DNA of 32,735 nt from Mesotaenium endlicherianum (GCA_009602735.1 WELA01001893.1:1-32735); one strand, 5' to 3'; counted from the stretch's first letter, positions 10,880 through 22,814 are shown. Numbers and translations are program-made. Notes: generated by a model from the sequence alone, not told the origin.

Positions 10880-12358
10880 ATGGTAAGGACAAGGTCTCAA
10901 ACTAGCAACTCCCGAGACATGGAGAACCAGGATAACGAGAATGTCGAAAACCAGGCGGAAAGCCATGTAGCGGGAAACCGTACCTATTCGGAAGCAGTAG
11001 CGGATACTGCAGCTAGGGAGGCAGCAGATGAGGCAGCTGCTATTGCCTCAGTCGCAGCTCAGCAAGCTGAGGAGGAGATAGCCAGACTAGAAGCTGAACA
11101 AGTAGCAAAGGCCGCTGAAGATATACAAAGGAGGGAAGGACAGCCAGCTGACGAGCGCACTGTTGAAGAACTTATGGCATCAAGGGCCAATGTTCTGAAC
11201 CCACCTCCTGCCGTACAACTCAATGTACCCCTAGGTCAAATACGTGACCGGCTGAATGCGGCAGGAATTGCTGCTGCAGGAGCAAGAGGGATTGTTGAGG
11301 ACACTACTCAGCGAGTAGATGCCAATGCTGCTGCTGCATTTGCTAATCTACCACCCCAAAATGTAGACTTGGGAGCATTGTTCGTTCAGATGCAGTCGCA
11401 AATGGCGACCATGTATCAGTCCCAGCAGGAGGACAAAAGAATCATAATGTCCCTACTCCGGGACAGAGACCAACTGGGGTCTCACACCACTAGTGGTGGT
11501 GGCCGAGGGCCTAGTAAGCCCAAGCCGAAACCTCCCCAGGACTATGATCCTGAGGGAAACAGAAAATATTACCTGATCAAGTTTCTCGCGGATGTTGAGC
11601 AGTGGCTGGAGAACTACCCAGAACTGCAAGATTACGAGAAGGTCAGGCACACCGGTGCGCTACTGAAAGGCAGTGCCGCAGACTGGTGGCTTTACTGGAA
11701 GGAAGAGCGTAAGGCTCGGCAACTCGGTGACCCTACGTGGGTAGAGTTTGTCGAGAAGTTGCATGAGAAGTTTGATGTCATCAACCAGCAGGAGAAAGCT
11801 ATCTATGCGATGATCTCCCTGACACTGAAGCAGACCACTTCAGTTGCTGAGTTTGCTCAAAAGTTCCAAGAGAACATGATGAAGCAGCCTGATTTGCCAG
11901 AACGGTATAGGATAGCATACTTCAGGTATGGCTTGAAATCCGAGGTCTCTGGTCATTTTGCTGAGAAAAAGTATGAGAAACTGGCTGACTTGATCCAGGA
12001 TGCTGACGCCTGGGATCAGCAGCAGTTCAATCACAAGCGCCAGAGTAACGCTTTGGTGTCTAAGATTGTCAAAAAGCCCCACGGTTCCTACAATGCAGTT
12101 GAAGGAGACCAGGCTGAGGATAATCAGGGTGATGAATATGAGTATGAGTACAATGCTATTCAGTCTAGAGGTAGAGGTGGTCCCTCTCGAGGTGGCTATG
12201 GAAGGGGTGGTGGTAGGACTAAGCCGAGACCAGCCTCAGCAAAATCTACTTGCTACCATTGTCAGCAGAAAGGCCACTACAGAGAACAGTGTCCGGTCAA
12301 GCACCTGCCTAAGGTCGAGAGAAAAGACCAGCCTTTAAAAGACAGCAACAGTCAGTAA
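10880..12358 (+). CDS. gag: Gag, 492 aa, with long N-terminal helical extension, RGG tract and CCHC knuckle
   Basis: [23 protein letters not shown]...[24 protein letters not shown] 20 nt after the PBS. Confidence 0.93.
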   Translation: MVRTRSQTSNSRDMENQDNENVENQAESHVAGNRTYSEAVADTAAREAADEAAAIASVAAQQAEEEIARLEAEQVAKAAEDIQRREGQPADERTVEELMASRANVLNPPPAVQLNVPLGQIRDRLNAAGIAAAGARGIVEDTTQRVDANAAAAFANLPPQNVDLGALFVQMQSQMATMYQSQQEDKRIIMSLLRDRDQLGSHTTSGGGRGPSKPKPKPPQDYDPEGNRKYYLIKFLADVEQWLENYPELQDYEKVRHTGALLKGSAADWWLYWKEERKARQLGDPTWVEFVEKLHEKFDVINQQEKAIYAMISLTLKQTTSVAEFAQKFQENMMKQPDLPERYRIAYFRYGLKSEVSGHFAEKKYEKLADLIQDADAWDQQQFNHKRQSNALVSKIVKKPHGSYNAVEGDQAEDNQGDEYEYEYNAIQSRGRGGPSRGGYGRGGGRTKPRPASAKSTCYHCQQKGHYREQCPVKHLPKVERKDQPLKDSNSQ

Positions 12359-12375
12359 TCCAGTCTACTGACTGT
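12334..12375 (+). promoter_or_regulatory. -1 ribosomal frameshift signal of element B (T_TTA_AAA, 7-nt spacer, 10-bp stem)
   Basis: Canonical X_XXY_YYZ heptamer at 12334-12340 in gag phase. The -1 frame is open from there into pol (ATG 12427). Perfect stem ACAGTCAGTA (12348-12357) / TACTGACTGT (12366-12375). Confidence 0.85.
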
Positions 12376-15300
12376 GAGGATGCTAGAGATAGTGAGTCGT
12401 CACTAGCTGCCCTCGTAGCAGGTATTATGGGTCCTGCTGAACTGGATTCACTATGCATGCCTGACAAACAGATAAAGGAGACCATCAGCAATATAGACGT
12501 CCAGAGAGTGCACACTCTGGATGCTCTTGTTCCACCTGATGTCCAACATTTCTTTGCTACGTCAGGAGAACAATGCGAAAGTCAGGAAAAGACAGTCCCC
12601 CCTATCCTACTGCATTGCATGATTGCAGGTAGGAAGGTGAGGGCATTTGTTGACGGAGGGGCGTCACATACTTTTATCCACAAGGACTTAGTTAAGCGGC
12701 TAAGGCTGCCTACTGTCACCCAAGGGAATAGAAAAATATTCCTTGGAGATGCCTCAAGTATCCCGGGAGGAGTTATAACCAAGCCTATTGAGGTCCAGTT
12801 AGGTTCTGGCATTGCAGTTCTAACTGAAACGCTTACATTTGAGGTACTCAACACTGGCTTTTATGATCTCGTGCTAGGCAGGTCCTGGCTTAATAGACAT
12901 CAAGCTGAAGTGTGTTGGAGCAGAGGTACAGTTAAAGTGAGAGGAGCCAGTGATGGGCAGACTGACTTGGCACCCACCAGTGCTCTTCCTCTTGTCCTGT
13001 GTGGATGGCAAATGAAGGAAAAGAAGAGGCTTCCAGAAGGATGCAAGTTGCTGAATGCAATGGAGTTCGTCAAAAGCTGGAACCAGAAGGAAGACAGAAT
13101 GTTCTGTCTGCTGCTAAGAGAGGTACCTCCTCAACCTGAAGAAGTGGTTGAGAAAAAGGTAAGCCCTCCGGAGCACCCTACTGCTGCAAACATTGTTGCT
13201 CAGTACACGGATGTGTTTAATATGCCTCCAGGACTACCCCCTAAGCGGGAAGTAGATCATAGGATTGATTTATTACCTGGTAGCCAGCCACCCTGGCAAC
13301 GCACGTATGGCTTGTCTTATGTGGAGAGCGAGGAGTTGAAAACACAGATTGCAGAGCTTGGGGAAAATGGTTATATTTCCCCCAGTAAATCACCTTACGG
13401 CGCACCCATCCTATTTGTTAAGAAAAAGGATGGCACTATGCGGATGTGTGTGAATTACAAAGCACTGAACAGAATTACAGTAAAGAACAAGTATGCTTTA
13501 CCCAGGATCGAGGACTTGCTTGATACCCTGTCTGGTGCTAAGGTGTTCAGTAAGATAGATCTCAAGAGTGGTTATCATCAAATCAGAATTGCTGAGGGGG
13601 ATGAACACAAGACTGCATTCCGTACACGTTGTGGACACAATGAGTTCAACGTGATGCCATTTGGACCCACTAATGCTCCTGCTACCTTTATGGGTGCTAT
13701 GATGAAATTTTCAGACTTATTTGGATAAGTTTGTGCAAGTTTTCCTGGATGATATTTTAATTTTCTCTAAAGATGAAGCTCAGCACACTGAACACTTCAA
13801 GAAAGTGCTGGACACTCTGCGGAAAAATCACTTGTATGCTAAAATGAGCAAGTGTGATTTCTTTAAGGAAAGTATTGAATTCTTAGGCCACGTTGTCAGT
13901 AAAGAGGGCATCAGTGTGGATCCTAAGAAAGTCCAGACCATAAGGGACTGGCCAGTACCACCGTCTGTCTCTGAAGTTAGATCCTTCCTCGGGTTGGCCA
14001 ACTACTATAGGAGATTTATTGAGAATTATTCCACAAAGGCCAGTAAACTGACTGACCTTACTAAGAAAGACATCGGGTATGTGTGGGGGGAAGAGCAGCA
14101 GGCTGCCTTCCAGACCCTTAAAGATGCCCTTTGTTCTGCCCCAGTGCTAGCCGTGTATGACCCCAGCAAACCGGTGCAGGTGGTTACTGATGCCTCTGAT
14201 TTTGCCATGGGTGCTATTTTGTTGCAGCCTGCTGACAAAACCACAAAGGATGGTAAGGTACGGCAGGAGTGGCATCCTGTGTTGTATGAGTCTATGAAAT
14301 TTAATCCAGCGGAGATTAATTACTCAGTGCATGATAAAGAGCTGCTAGCTATCATTCATGTACTCAAACAGTGGAGAGCATACTTACATGGTAAAGCTTT
14401 TAAGGTGATTACAGATCATCTAGCTCTGACCCACTTTCAGAAGAAGTCCAAGCTGTCGAGGAGGGAGAACCGCTGGAGCCAGATGCTGGAGCAGTTCCAA
14501 GTCCAGATCGACTACAAACCAGGGAAGTTGAATCCTGCTGATGCACTCTCTAGAAGACCTGACTTGCAAGAAAGGAACTTTAGTCAGCATACTGTAGATA
14601 AAGTCCTGTGTGCACTCACTTCACTAAAGGTGAAAAAGTCCTTCCTTGAACAACTTAGGAAAGCCTACCTTTCTGACCCAACATTTGAGCCCAGCCCCAC
14701 TACTGGTATGTGTCGTGCTACCGCACTCGGGTATAAGCTCAAGGGAGGGGTCTGGGTGACTGAAACCACTTCAGGCAGGCTGAAGCTGGTCATTCCTAAT
14801 AATTTGGAAATAAGGTCTCTCTTACTGAGTCAAGCTCATGACAGTCTCCTGGGTGGACATTTGGGGCAGGCCAAAACTGTTGGCAAACTGGCAAAACATT
14901 ATCATTGGGAGGGGTTACCCCGGGAGGTCTTGAAATATGTCAAGTCCTGTGACCAGTGTCAGAGAAATAAGTCTCGGCACACACCACCCGGAGGTCTCTT
15001 GCAACCGCTACCCATCCCAGCGGGACGCTGGGAAACTATATCCATGGACTGGGTGGTCTCACTACCAAGAACTGCCAACGGGCATGATTCAATACTGGTA
15101 GTCGTGGATAAACTGACAAAAATGGTCATTTTTATCCCCACAACTGTCAAAGTGACTGCACTCGAAACAGCGAGACAGTTTTACAACCATGTAGTATGCC
15201 AACATGGGCTCCCTTCTAATATCATCTCAGACAGAGACTCAAAATTCACCTCTAAGTTCTGGAGAGCTTTAATGGGGTTAATGGGAGTCAAACAGCTGCT

Positions 15301-16141
15301 CAGCACAGCAAACCACCCTCAGACTGATGGGCAGACTGAAAGAACTAACCGAGTTCTGCAGGAGGTGCTGAGAGCATATATTAACCAAAAACAAGATAAT
15401 TGGGATGACCTGTTGCCTCAAATTCAGTTTGCGGTCAACAGTGCGGTGCACGCGTCAACGGGCAAAACTCCTTTTGAACTCAGCCTGGGTAGAGTCCCTA
15501 AGTCTCCTCTAGATGTGCTAGGGGAATCTTTAACTCACCCTGAAGGGATTGACAACCCGGTCTCCCTCCAGTTAACTCAGGAGTTTGCTGACACCCTGTC
15601 AGAAGTCCAACGAAACTTGCACACGGCCCAAGAAAACCAACAAAAATACGCTAATCAACACCGTCGGGAACTGACATTTTCCAAGGGGGATTTAGTCAAA
15701 CTGCATTCTCAGCACCTGTACCTCCCTGGTGTGGTCAAGAAAAAGCTTGGCCCTGTCTGGGTCGGTCCATATTCGGTGGTCCGTCGTGTCGGTCAGAATG
15801 CTTACAAACTGAACATGTCAGCTGACTACAAGGGTCACCCGGTCTTTAATGTCTCCTTCCTGGAACCATACATCAAAGGTGATACACAGTTCACAGGTCG
15901 GGTACCTGTCCAACCGGGACCGGTCCCCGCTGTCCGGGACGGCGACCCTGAGGAATATGAGGTCGATGAGATTTTAGACGCTCGCTCGGTCCGTCGATCG
16001 TCTAAATATGTCATGAAGTACCTCATTCGATGGAAGGGTTACAATGCCTCTGGGGACACTTGGGAATTTAAAGATCAACTGACCCATGCCAAAGGGGCGT
16101 TGAAGCGGTTCCACCTTCCGGCGGCTGGGGCACCTCCCTAA
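12334..16141 (+). pseudogene. pol: Pol polyprotein of element B (PR-RT-RH-IN-chromodomain), broken by a frameshift inside RT
   Basis: ORFs 12427-13728 and 13721-16141 carry [36 protein letters not shown] and chromodomain YEVDEI...YLIRWKGY...TWE. At 13699-13729, two 1-nt deletions relative to a reconstructed MNEIFRPYLDK break the frame. There are also substitutions at conserved sites (CVNYK, MPFGPTN). Confidence 0.93.
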
Positions 16142-16465
16142 CAGTCGTTTCCGTTGACACGGGAAGGTGACAGGAGGTCCTGTCTCCATATAAGTTGGAG
16201 GGGGATGTGACAGTTAGTGACAGTTGTGACAGGCAGCCCACCTTTAAATTTAAGTTGGAGGGAGTGGTAGTCTCTGATCACCAGATTACCCACTCAACCT
16301 GCGCTCACACTCACTTGTTCTCCAACTCAATTTTTCCTTATATTCGCTCACACCAGGTATTCCACTCTAGGAACTCTCTCGATCGCGTCCCTCTTCATCA
16401 AGGGCACTCAGTAGCGGCAAAATATCATGACTTCACTAACTGCATTGTGTTTATGATTGAGCAGG

Positions 16466-18133
16466 ATGACTCAAAAGTCGGAACTCAAGAGGAAGCGAAG
16501 GGCGGAAGAGGCACATGCAGAATACTTGCAATTCCGTGGAGACATCGAATCATCTTCCATCACCGCTCGGGAATCACAACGACTCCAACAACAACGGGAG
16601 GCACAGAAGAAGAAGGAGGAGGAGGAACAGGCCAGACTGAGGCAGGAAGAAATGGACAGAAAAGCTGCAGAGGAGGCTAAGAAAGCAGAGGAGGAGAGGC
16701 AAGCTGAGGAGAAGCGGAAGCAGCAGGCTGAAGAAGAAGAACAGAGGAGAATCAGCAGCTACCGCTACACGGTGCTGGGCAAGGGCTTTGATCTACTGGA
16801 GGAGGCCTTCAAGTATGCCCAGAGAAGTCGCAGTGAGTCGCAGAAGGAAATCCTCCAGAAGGAAGGGGAGACATCCGAAAACTTTGACAAGTATATAGAG
16901 GTCGGCACAGGGCTCCTCCTCTACCACGATTACGCCAGGATGGTAGGATATACCATCGGAGAGGCCAAGGCAATGGCCCAGGTGAACGAAGCAGGAGCGG
17001 TCTCGATTCCTGGTATCTGGGGGGCAGATAGGGTCATCAGGATGATCCCCATGGACGCGGACAGCTTCAAGGACTCAACACCCCACAACAGGTTCAAGGC
17101 CATGTACAATGAGGTGGAGAGGAGGAGCTGGGAATTCTTGGCCAGAGAAACCAGTCAGCTGGACTTTGCAGGGCACTGGTACCCTTGTACTCTCACAAAG
17201 ACAAAACCTGCCTTCTTCCAAAAGCCCACTGATTGGCGGTGGATGACCATCAACATGAGGGACCAGCAGAATGACAGGGCGACCGATGAGGATTTCCTGA
17301 CAGACCTAAACGGGAACATAGTATTGCCCCCTCACATTGCGGCTTGGGACCCAAGATTATTTGGAGTCAGAGACTGCATGAGCCAAGAGATGCAGTGGGA
17401 CAGAAGCAGGGCCCGAGAGTCATTCTCCAAAGGGAAGCACGCTTATGCCAAATGGGCAAGTAAGCAGGGGGAAAAGGACCTCTATGCGGTCCGAACTCAG
17501 CAGCCCCCACCAGCACCCAAAAGGGGAAGGTCAGTAGGATATTCTTTTTCTCGGGAGGAGCTGGAGCAGCGGACAGAGGAGACCCCAGAAGTCTCAGAGG
17601 AACCTGGGGATGGCGAGGAGGCGGAGTCGGAGGAAGCCGAGGAGGAAGGCGAGGAGGAGGACACTAGCCCCGCCGTGATCCTGACACCTGCCACATCCCC
17701 TGTAAGGGAAAAGACGGGGTGGGCCCCGCCGCCACTCGCTCAAGACGAGGATATCACTTGGCTGGCGACTGCCAGAGGACAGAGCCCATCTCCAGGCAAG
17801 GAGACCCAGTCGGACAGGGCAGACAGGAGGGCTGCTCGGGAGATAGCCAGAGGTCTGCCAGCATCTCCCTCGCAAAGAGGGCATGTACCCTTGGCTCATG
17901 TCATGCAACATCCTTCCGGGATGCCGGTATATGTACCTGTCAGTTTGAGGGCTGCCCAGGAGAAGGTTGCCTCCCTTCAGCTTCAGACTGTGCAGGAGGA
18001 AACAGCCCAATTACTGCGTTCTCCGCCGGGTCCTTACACGGAACCCCCTTCTCTGACAGGCTTCAAAAGACCCCAAGACAGGAGGAGGTCTGGCTCCCCT
18101 GAGCATAGGGCCTCAAGAGCATCTCCCTCCTAA
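16466..18133 (+). CDS. Extra ORF3 of element B, 555 aa from the first ATG, function unknown
   Basis: Long uninterrupted sense ORF between the pol stop (16141) and the PPT (18205). Basic KRKRR motif, E/K/R/Q coiled-coil-like N-terminus, aromatic-rich central region, acidic tract, and a P/S/R-rich tail. No evident signal peptide or transmembrane segment. Confidence 0.8.
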   Translation: MTQKSELKRKRRAEEAHAEYLQFRGDIESSSITARESQRLQQQREAQKKKEEEEQARLRQEEMDRKAAEEAKKAEEERQAEEKRKQQAEEEEQRRISSYRYTVLGKGFDLLEEAFKYAQRSRSESQKEILQKEGETSENFDKYIEVGTGLLLYHDYARMVGYTIGEAKAMAQVNEAGAVSIPGIWGADRVIRMIPMDADSFKDSTPHNRFKAMYNEVERRSWEFLARETSQLDFAGHWYPCTLTKTKPAFFQKPTDWRWMTINMRDQQNDRATDEDFLTDLNGNIVLPPHIAAWDPRLFGVRDCMSQEMQWDRSRARESFSKGKHAYAKWASKQGEKDLYAVRTQQPPPAPKRGRSVGYSFSREELEQRTEETPEVSEEPGDGEEAESEEAEEEGEEEDTSPAVILTPATSPVREKTGWAPPPLAQDEDITWLATARGQSPSPGKETQSDRADRRAAREIARGLPASPSQRGHVPLAHVMQHPSGMPVYVPVSLRAAQEKVASLQLQTVQEETAQLLRSPPGPYTEPPSLTGFKRPQDRRRSGSPEHRASRASPS

Positions 18134-18204
18134 GGGCAGCAGGCTGGGGATAAGAGGGACAGCACGCTGTTATTAGTGATAGTGTTGTCGAGACGACAAC
18201 ATGA

Positions 18205-18218
18205 TAAGTTGGAGGGAT
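18205..18218 (+). promoter_or_regulatory. Polypurine tract of element B (TAAGTTGGAGGGAT), preceded by an 8-bp hairpin at 18183-18201
   Basis: Abuts the 3' LTR; upstream TGTTGTCG-AGA-CGACAACA. Confidence 0.8.
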
Positions 18219-18939
18219 TATAATAAATCAGTATACTGGTTGATATAATATTCATCTAAATAATATAGTTAAATAAGTTCAGCCTGCTGAACTCTACTTA
18301 ACAATCAGTCTGCTGGACTTTATACTTAATATCTATTTAATGACTTGGCCGGAAGTAGCAGGCTGAGGTCACCTTAAGTCAGCTTGCTGAAACATTCTTG
18401 GACAGCCAGCTGACTTTCGTACTCGGTAGCAGCGAACTGCCTCGACATGCATCTAAGTGTGGTGTGCTAGATGAATGGCCAGATGACATCCCTATGATGG
18501 ATGGCGATTCGGGATGATGGGAGATGGCGGTGGATTTGGTTAACCGAGGTCCTACCAACGTGGTTAACTCCCGGGTAGGCGATGCCATCGCACTGACCGT
18601 TGAACAGTAAACTCATTCTATGTACATATGCTAAGCATTGCTCTCGAGTTCGGCATTCGGAAACGAGGCCAACTCTCCTGTACAGCTTACTGAGAGTGAT
18701 CTGAATCCAAGGCGAGAAGCCGTTGATACGCACTGTCTTCTAACCTTGCTTATGTATGAGTTTACTGATTTGCATCATTGATGCTAGTTTACTTGCATTT
18801 GACTTACGAGTNTTTATTCCCTGCTAGTGTATTGTCCTTTGCCGTTAAACCAGTTAACGGAAATACCATAAAGATTACTTGCTGATATAAAGATCTTTAT
18901 TAATTGTTAATCGCCTATTTGGTAAGTCGATTCATTTCA
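18219..18939 (+). repeat. 3' LTR of element B (721 bp; terminal TG mutated to TA)
   Basis: About 25 differences from the 5' LTR by eye; one N at 18812; followed by TSD GAGTC. Confidence 0.95.
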
Positions 18940-19004
18940 GAGTCACTATCATGGAGGCCTATCTCATTGACACTGCAGCCGTTGAGGAGTATAGGCATGG
19001 CAGG

Positions 19005-19701
19005 TGAAAGGGGGAAGGGTGCGGGGAGTGCGATATACACACTCACGCACCCTCACCCGCGAGCGGAAGCGTGCACGAGGACCTTTCCTAGTTGCATACA
19101 CAAGGTGGAGTGGCCGGGTGGTGTGCCACCCTTGCGAGAGAGAGAGGGCTACATGAGAGAGGAGTGGAAAAGAACTCTCTTTATTAAGAAAAGTCGTGTA
19201 CAAGATAAGAAGGTAAGACTAGACTAGACAAGACCCCCTCTTTTATGCTTCAACTCTAAGTGTCCTCTCTAGCAAAGTACCTCCAGAACCTTCGACTATG
19301 GCTCCTCCCATGTAGGTGACCTTGCCTAGTTGGACAAGCTAGCACACTCACACGCACATAATCACGCTCTAGAATATTCTACTACACAATCTACTAACTC
19401 TTCACGGAGTTTCTAGAATTTCCACAATCACTTTGGCACTCTACGTAATCGTACGTAGTTTCTGGAACCCTCATAATTCAATATCCTACTTTCTAGATTC
19501 CAACCGAAATTTTTGTCACTGGACCTGTTCTTGTCACTAAATTGAATCTCTGACACTAAAAACTCACTAAGAACTCCCAAAACTCATAACTTTCTCAGTA
19601 CTTGTCCAAATGACTTAAATAAAGGCCAAAGTTCTTCTAAAATCACACTCTCTGCATATAAATTGCTAGAAAAATACAAACTACACTTTCATAACCTTAC
19701 A
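19005..19701 (-). repeat. 3' LTR of element C (697 bp)
   Basis: Matches 24055-24388 + 25653-26004 (686 bp, one 11-nt deletion); same termini as family A (TGTAAGG...CCCCTTTCA). Confidence 0.92.
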
Positions 19702-22700
19702 TCATCCCCCTCCTCAAAATGCGACGTCCTCGGCGCATATTAAGTATAAGTGACGTCGTATGAGGAATCTAGCTCACATATACGCTAGACAAACACATAC
19801 ACACACCTAGTATACAAGTTACAAGTCTTGAACAAGCTCCAAGTTGATGCTCAATACTCCAAACGTGCTCCACTTAGTAAAAGCTCCATCACATACATTG
19901 GCTCCACACATAGCGTCTCCTAACACAAATGCATCTTCATCTTCAACACCTTCTTAGAATAGGCAAATATCTTCATGAAGGCTATAACACACTCCCTTCA
20001 TCATGTCCACATACTCCAAAGCTGGTCCCAAGGCATAATAGTCCGCCAAATCGCCAAAATACTCCATTTTCGCTCTCTTGGACAAGTGGCAACTCCTCGT
20101 CGCGCCATGTGGCTTACTCGTGGTGCTCTTATAATTCTGACCAGATTACATCATGAACCTGACTCCACTATGTTCCTAAACCTTCTGGTACACCTAGCTA
20201 CCTCTAGCTCTAAGCCATACTCCTTGTAGAGGTATTGCACTCTCTCACTTGTGTGCGTGACTCGTGGTGACCTCTCAAGACGCCAAGTGGCACCCCCCTG
20301 ACTTTTTCTGACATTTTTAGCCTGAAAGTTGTGTAATCTACATAATATCTCCCCTCTGAATTCACTGGTATGTTTTGTTTCTCCTGATTCCAAGCCTAAG
20401 ACCATGAAATCAGATTGCGCCTTGCCTCACACATGTGGCTTCCACGGCAATCCAGCAGATCGCCATGTGGCACTGTCAGGACTTCAATTAATATTTTTAT
20501 TAAAAAACTACTTCTTCTAAATGTAGACCCATAGGACTACCTCTTCACAAAATTTCAGAATCTGAATCAAAGTCTAGCTCTTAAACGAGATAGTCACTTT
20601 ATGCCTCACGCTCGAAGGACCCACACGCGCGCAACGCGTATCAAGCTCCCGCGCCTACAAATGGCACATGCTTAAACCCCTGATTCTGAAACTTGACTAT
20701 GATTCAGGGCAGGCCTTATACCAGGTCTATCACCTCATGTAGGACTCCTAGGAAAAATATTTCCCACACTCTCTTAAATAGGCAAAAAGTAGCCAAAATC
20801 TGCCAACATTTACCCTCGCGCACGCCTACCCGTAAAACCCTCAAACATGGACAGATTTGAGTATCTTCCAAGCACTTGCTGTCAAAATTCTTTCCACTTC
20901 ACATCTCTTAGTTATGGGACTGGCTTGACCTTACTTACAAGCACTATAAACAACTAAAACACTCCCCCCCCTCATCATGAAGGTAAGACGCTTACCACTC
21001 GAGTGTCCAAGTCCAGATTTTACGCCTCCCTCTTGCTTGCTTGTATAGGCGCTGATTCTCCTAGCTTCATGTCCAAGTCCTTGTCATATATCTCCATCTT
21101 AGGCAGGACATATCAGCCCCATAACACTTGGTCTTTTCCTCATAGGTCCATATCCATAAAGTCGTAGTCTCCATCAAGCAACGATAATAAATCTCACAAG
21201 GCATGAGCGCGTAGTCTCGCTCGTGGTGCACCAAACTCCATCATAGTCTTCTTCTTGGCTAGATGCTCACTCCCACATACTCCTGGCTCTTTTTGAAGGT
21301 CAGCCTTCACACAAGGCTCCAAGAAACACATCTGGAACGCCTCCATGAGCTCCATAACTTGGGCAAACACACATAGTCTTAGTGCTTGCACCTCATCTTG
21401 TGCTCGCACACACTTTGCCTTGCAAGCGGGCTTCTCTTGAGCTCACTTTCTAGGAGCTCCTCCACTTGAGCAGTTGGGATCTGCTCTATATATGAGCAAG
21501 GGGATCATACACCTCTACTTGCTCCACCGGCGATGCGCGCTCGCCAAGGTTGTTAGGAGGCACGCTTGCTACATGCGATGACCGGGCCAAGGTCACCAAC
21601 ACAAGCGCTTCTCCTTCACCTTCACCTTCCCGCGTCGCTTCTTCGCTAGCGGGCTGAAGATAGCTACTTGTGGTCATATCTACCTCCACCTATTTCACTA
21701 TCTTCATTTGACCATACTCCTCCACGGTCTTCACTTGACCCGTGCACTGAAGCACTAAAGGATAGGCTACTCTTCTTGTGCAACTCCTTCCACATGCTTA
21801 GCTTCTTGAGTGCACTCTAGCCTTGGTCACCCGAATGACACTTCTTACTACTAAACCTAGCTTGCCTTGGTGCTCTACTTTCACATGAAGAGCTTCCATA
21901 GATGCACCAAAATCTGCCCCTTAACTATGCCATCACACAACTAGTTGCACACGCACTTCAAGTGGGAGACATCTCTTGCACTAGCCCTCTTGCACCAACT
22001 TCATACCTTGCTTCTTCTTCTACAGCATAGGCTTGTCTTCATCATAGTTCTCAACTCCATATACTCCGTAGTACTCTCCTCCATAAGAAAAGAGAAATCT
22101 GAACTTGAAAGGCTCCATCTCCATCTCTCCTCTTTGAAGAAAAATCTGGAATACTTCTTCTTGCTCCAAGCCTTCTCCACGGTGCTTCTCTTCACTTGAG
22201 GCTTCTTCAATCTCCATACAAGGTACCAAGCTCCATCATGGCTGGCCTCAAATAACCAGTGGCTACATAGGAGTGATGCAAGGCAATCCAAATCTGGCCA
22301 CTTACTTGGCCAACTTGGTGCAACACCCCGGTGCACCCTCTCTTAAGCTTCTCATGAGCTCCTCTTGAGCTTGCGAGTGCTATGCCCGCCAAAGCTCCTA
22401 GACTTGCAAGTACACATGCTTGCTAAGTGCCCGATTGCCTCCTCTTACTATCCTCTCCACCTTCATTGACAACCTGAATAAAGATGGGCACATACTCCTT
22501 CTAGCCACCAACACCTCTATGCTAAGCCCCCCCCTCAAAGAAAGAGCTTAACACTAAGGAGCTTGCATCTTCAAGGAAAAATTCAGCCGTGTAAATTCCA
22601 GATTTTCTTCATGCTCATATGTCTCCATACTCGAGCAAAGGCTGCTCTATATTACTCATATCACTTCCATGCTTGGGCAACCTCCTCACACTACAAAGAA

Positions 22701-22814
22701 GACGTACAAAAATCTGGTTGCATCCAAGTTAACATTTCTTGGAGCACCTCTCTCTTCCCATCTCCTCCCTCCTTCAAGAGAGTGAAATGCTAGCTTGCAT
22801 CAACATCTTCATGG

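Larger units (their letters stand above)
10126..18939 (+). mobile_element. Ty3/gypsy chromovirus LTR retrotransposon with an extra 3' ORF (element B)
   Basis: LTRs 10126-10845 and 18219-18939; TSD GAGTC at 10121-10125 and 18940-18944; PBS, gag, pol with chromodomain, extra ORF and PPT. Confidence 0.97.

Noticed and set aside
12427..16141. Programmed split of B pol into two genes at 13721-13728
   Set aside because: The break falls inside the conserved RT core and is explained by two single-base deletions (decay or sequencing error).
16466..18133. ORF3 as an envelope (env) gene
   Set aside because: The position fits, but there is no signal peptide, transmembrane helix or Cys-rich ectodomain, and the protein is highly charged.
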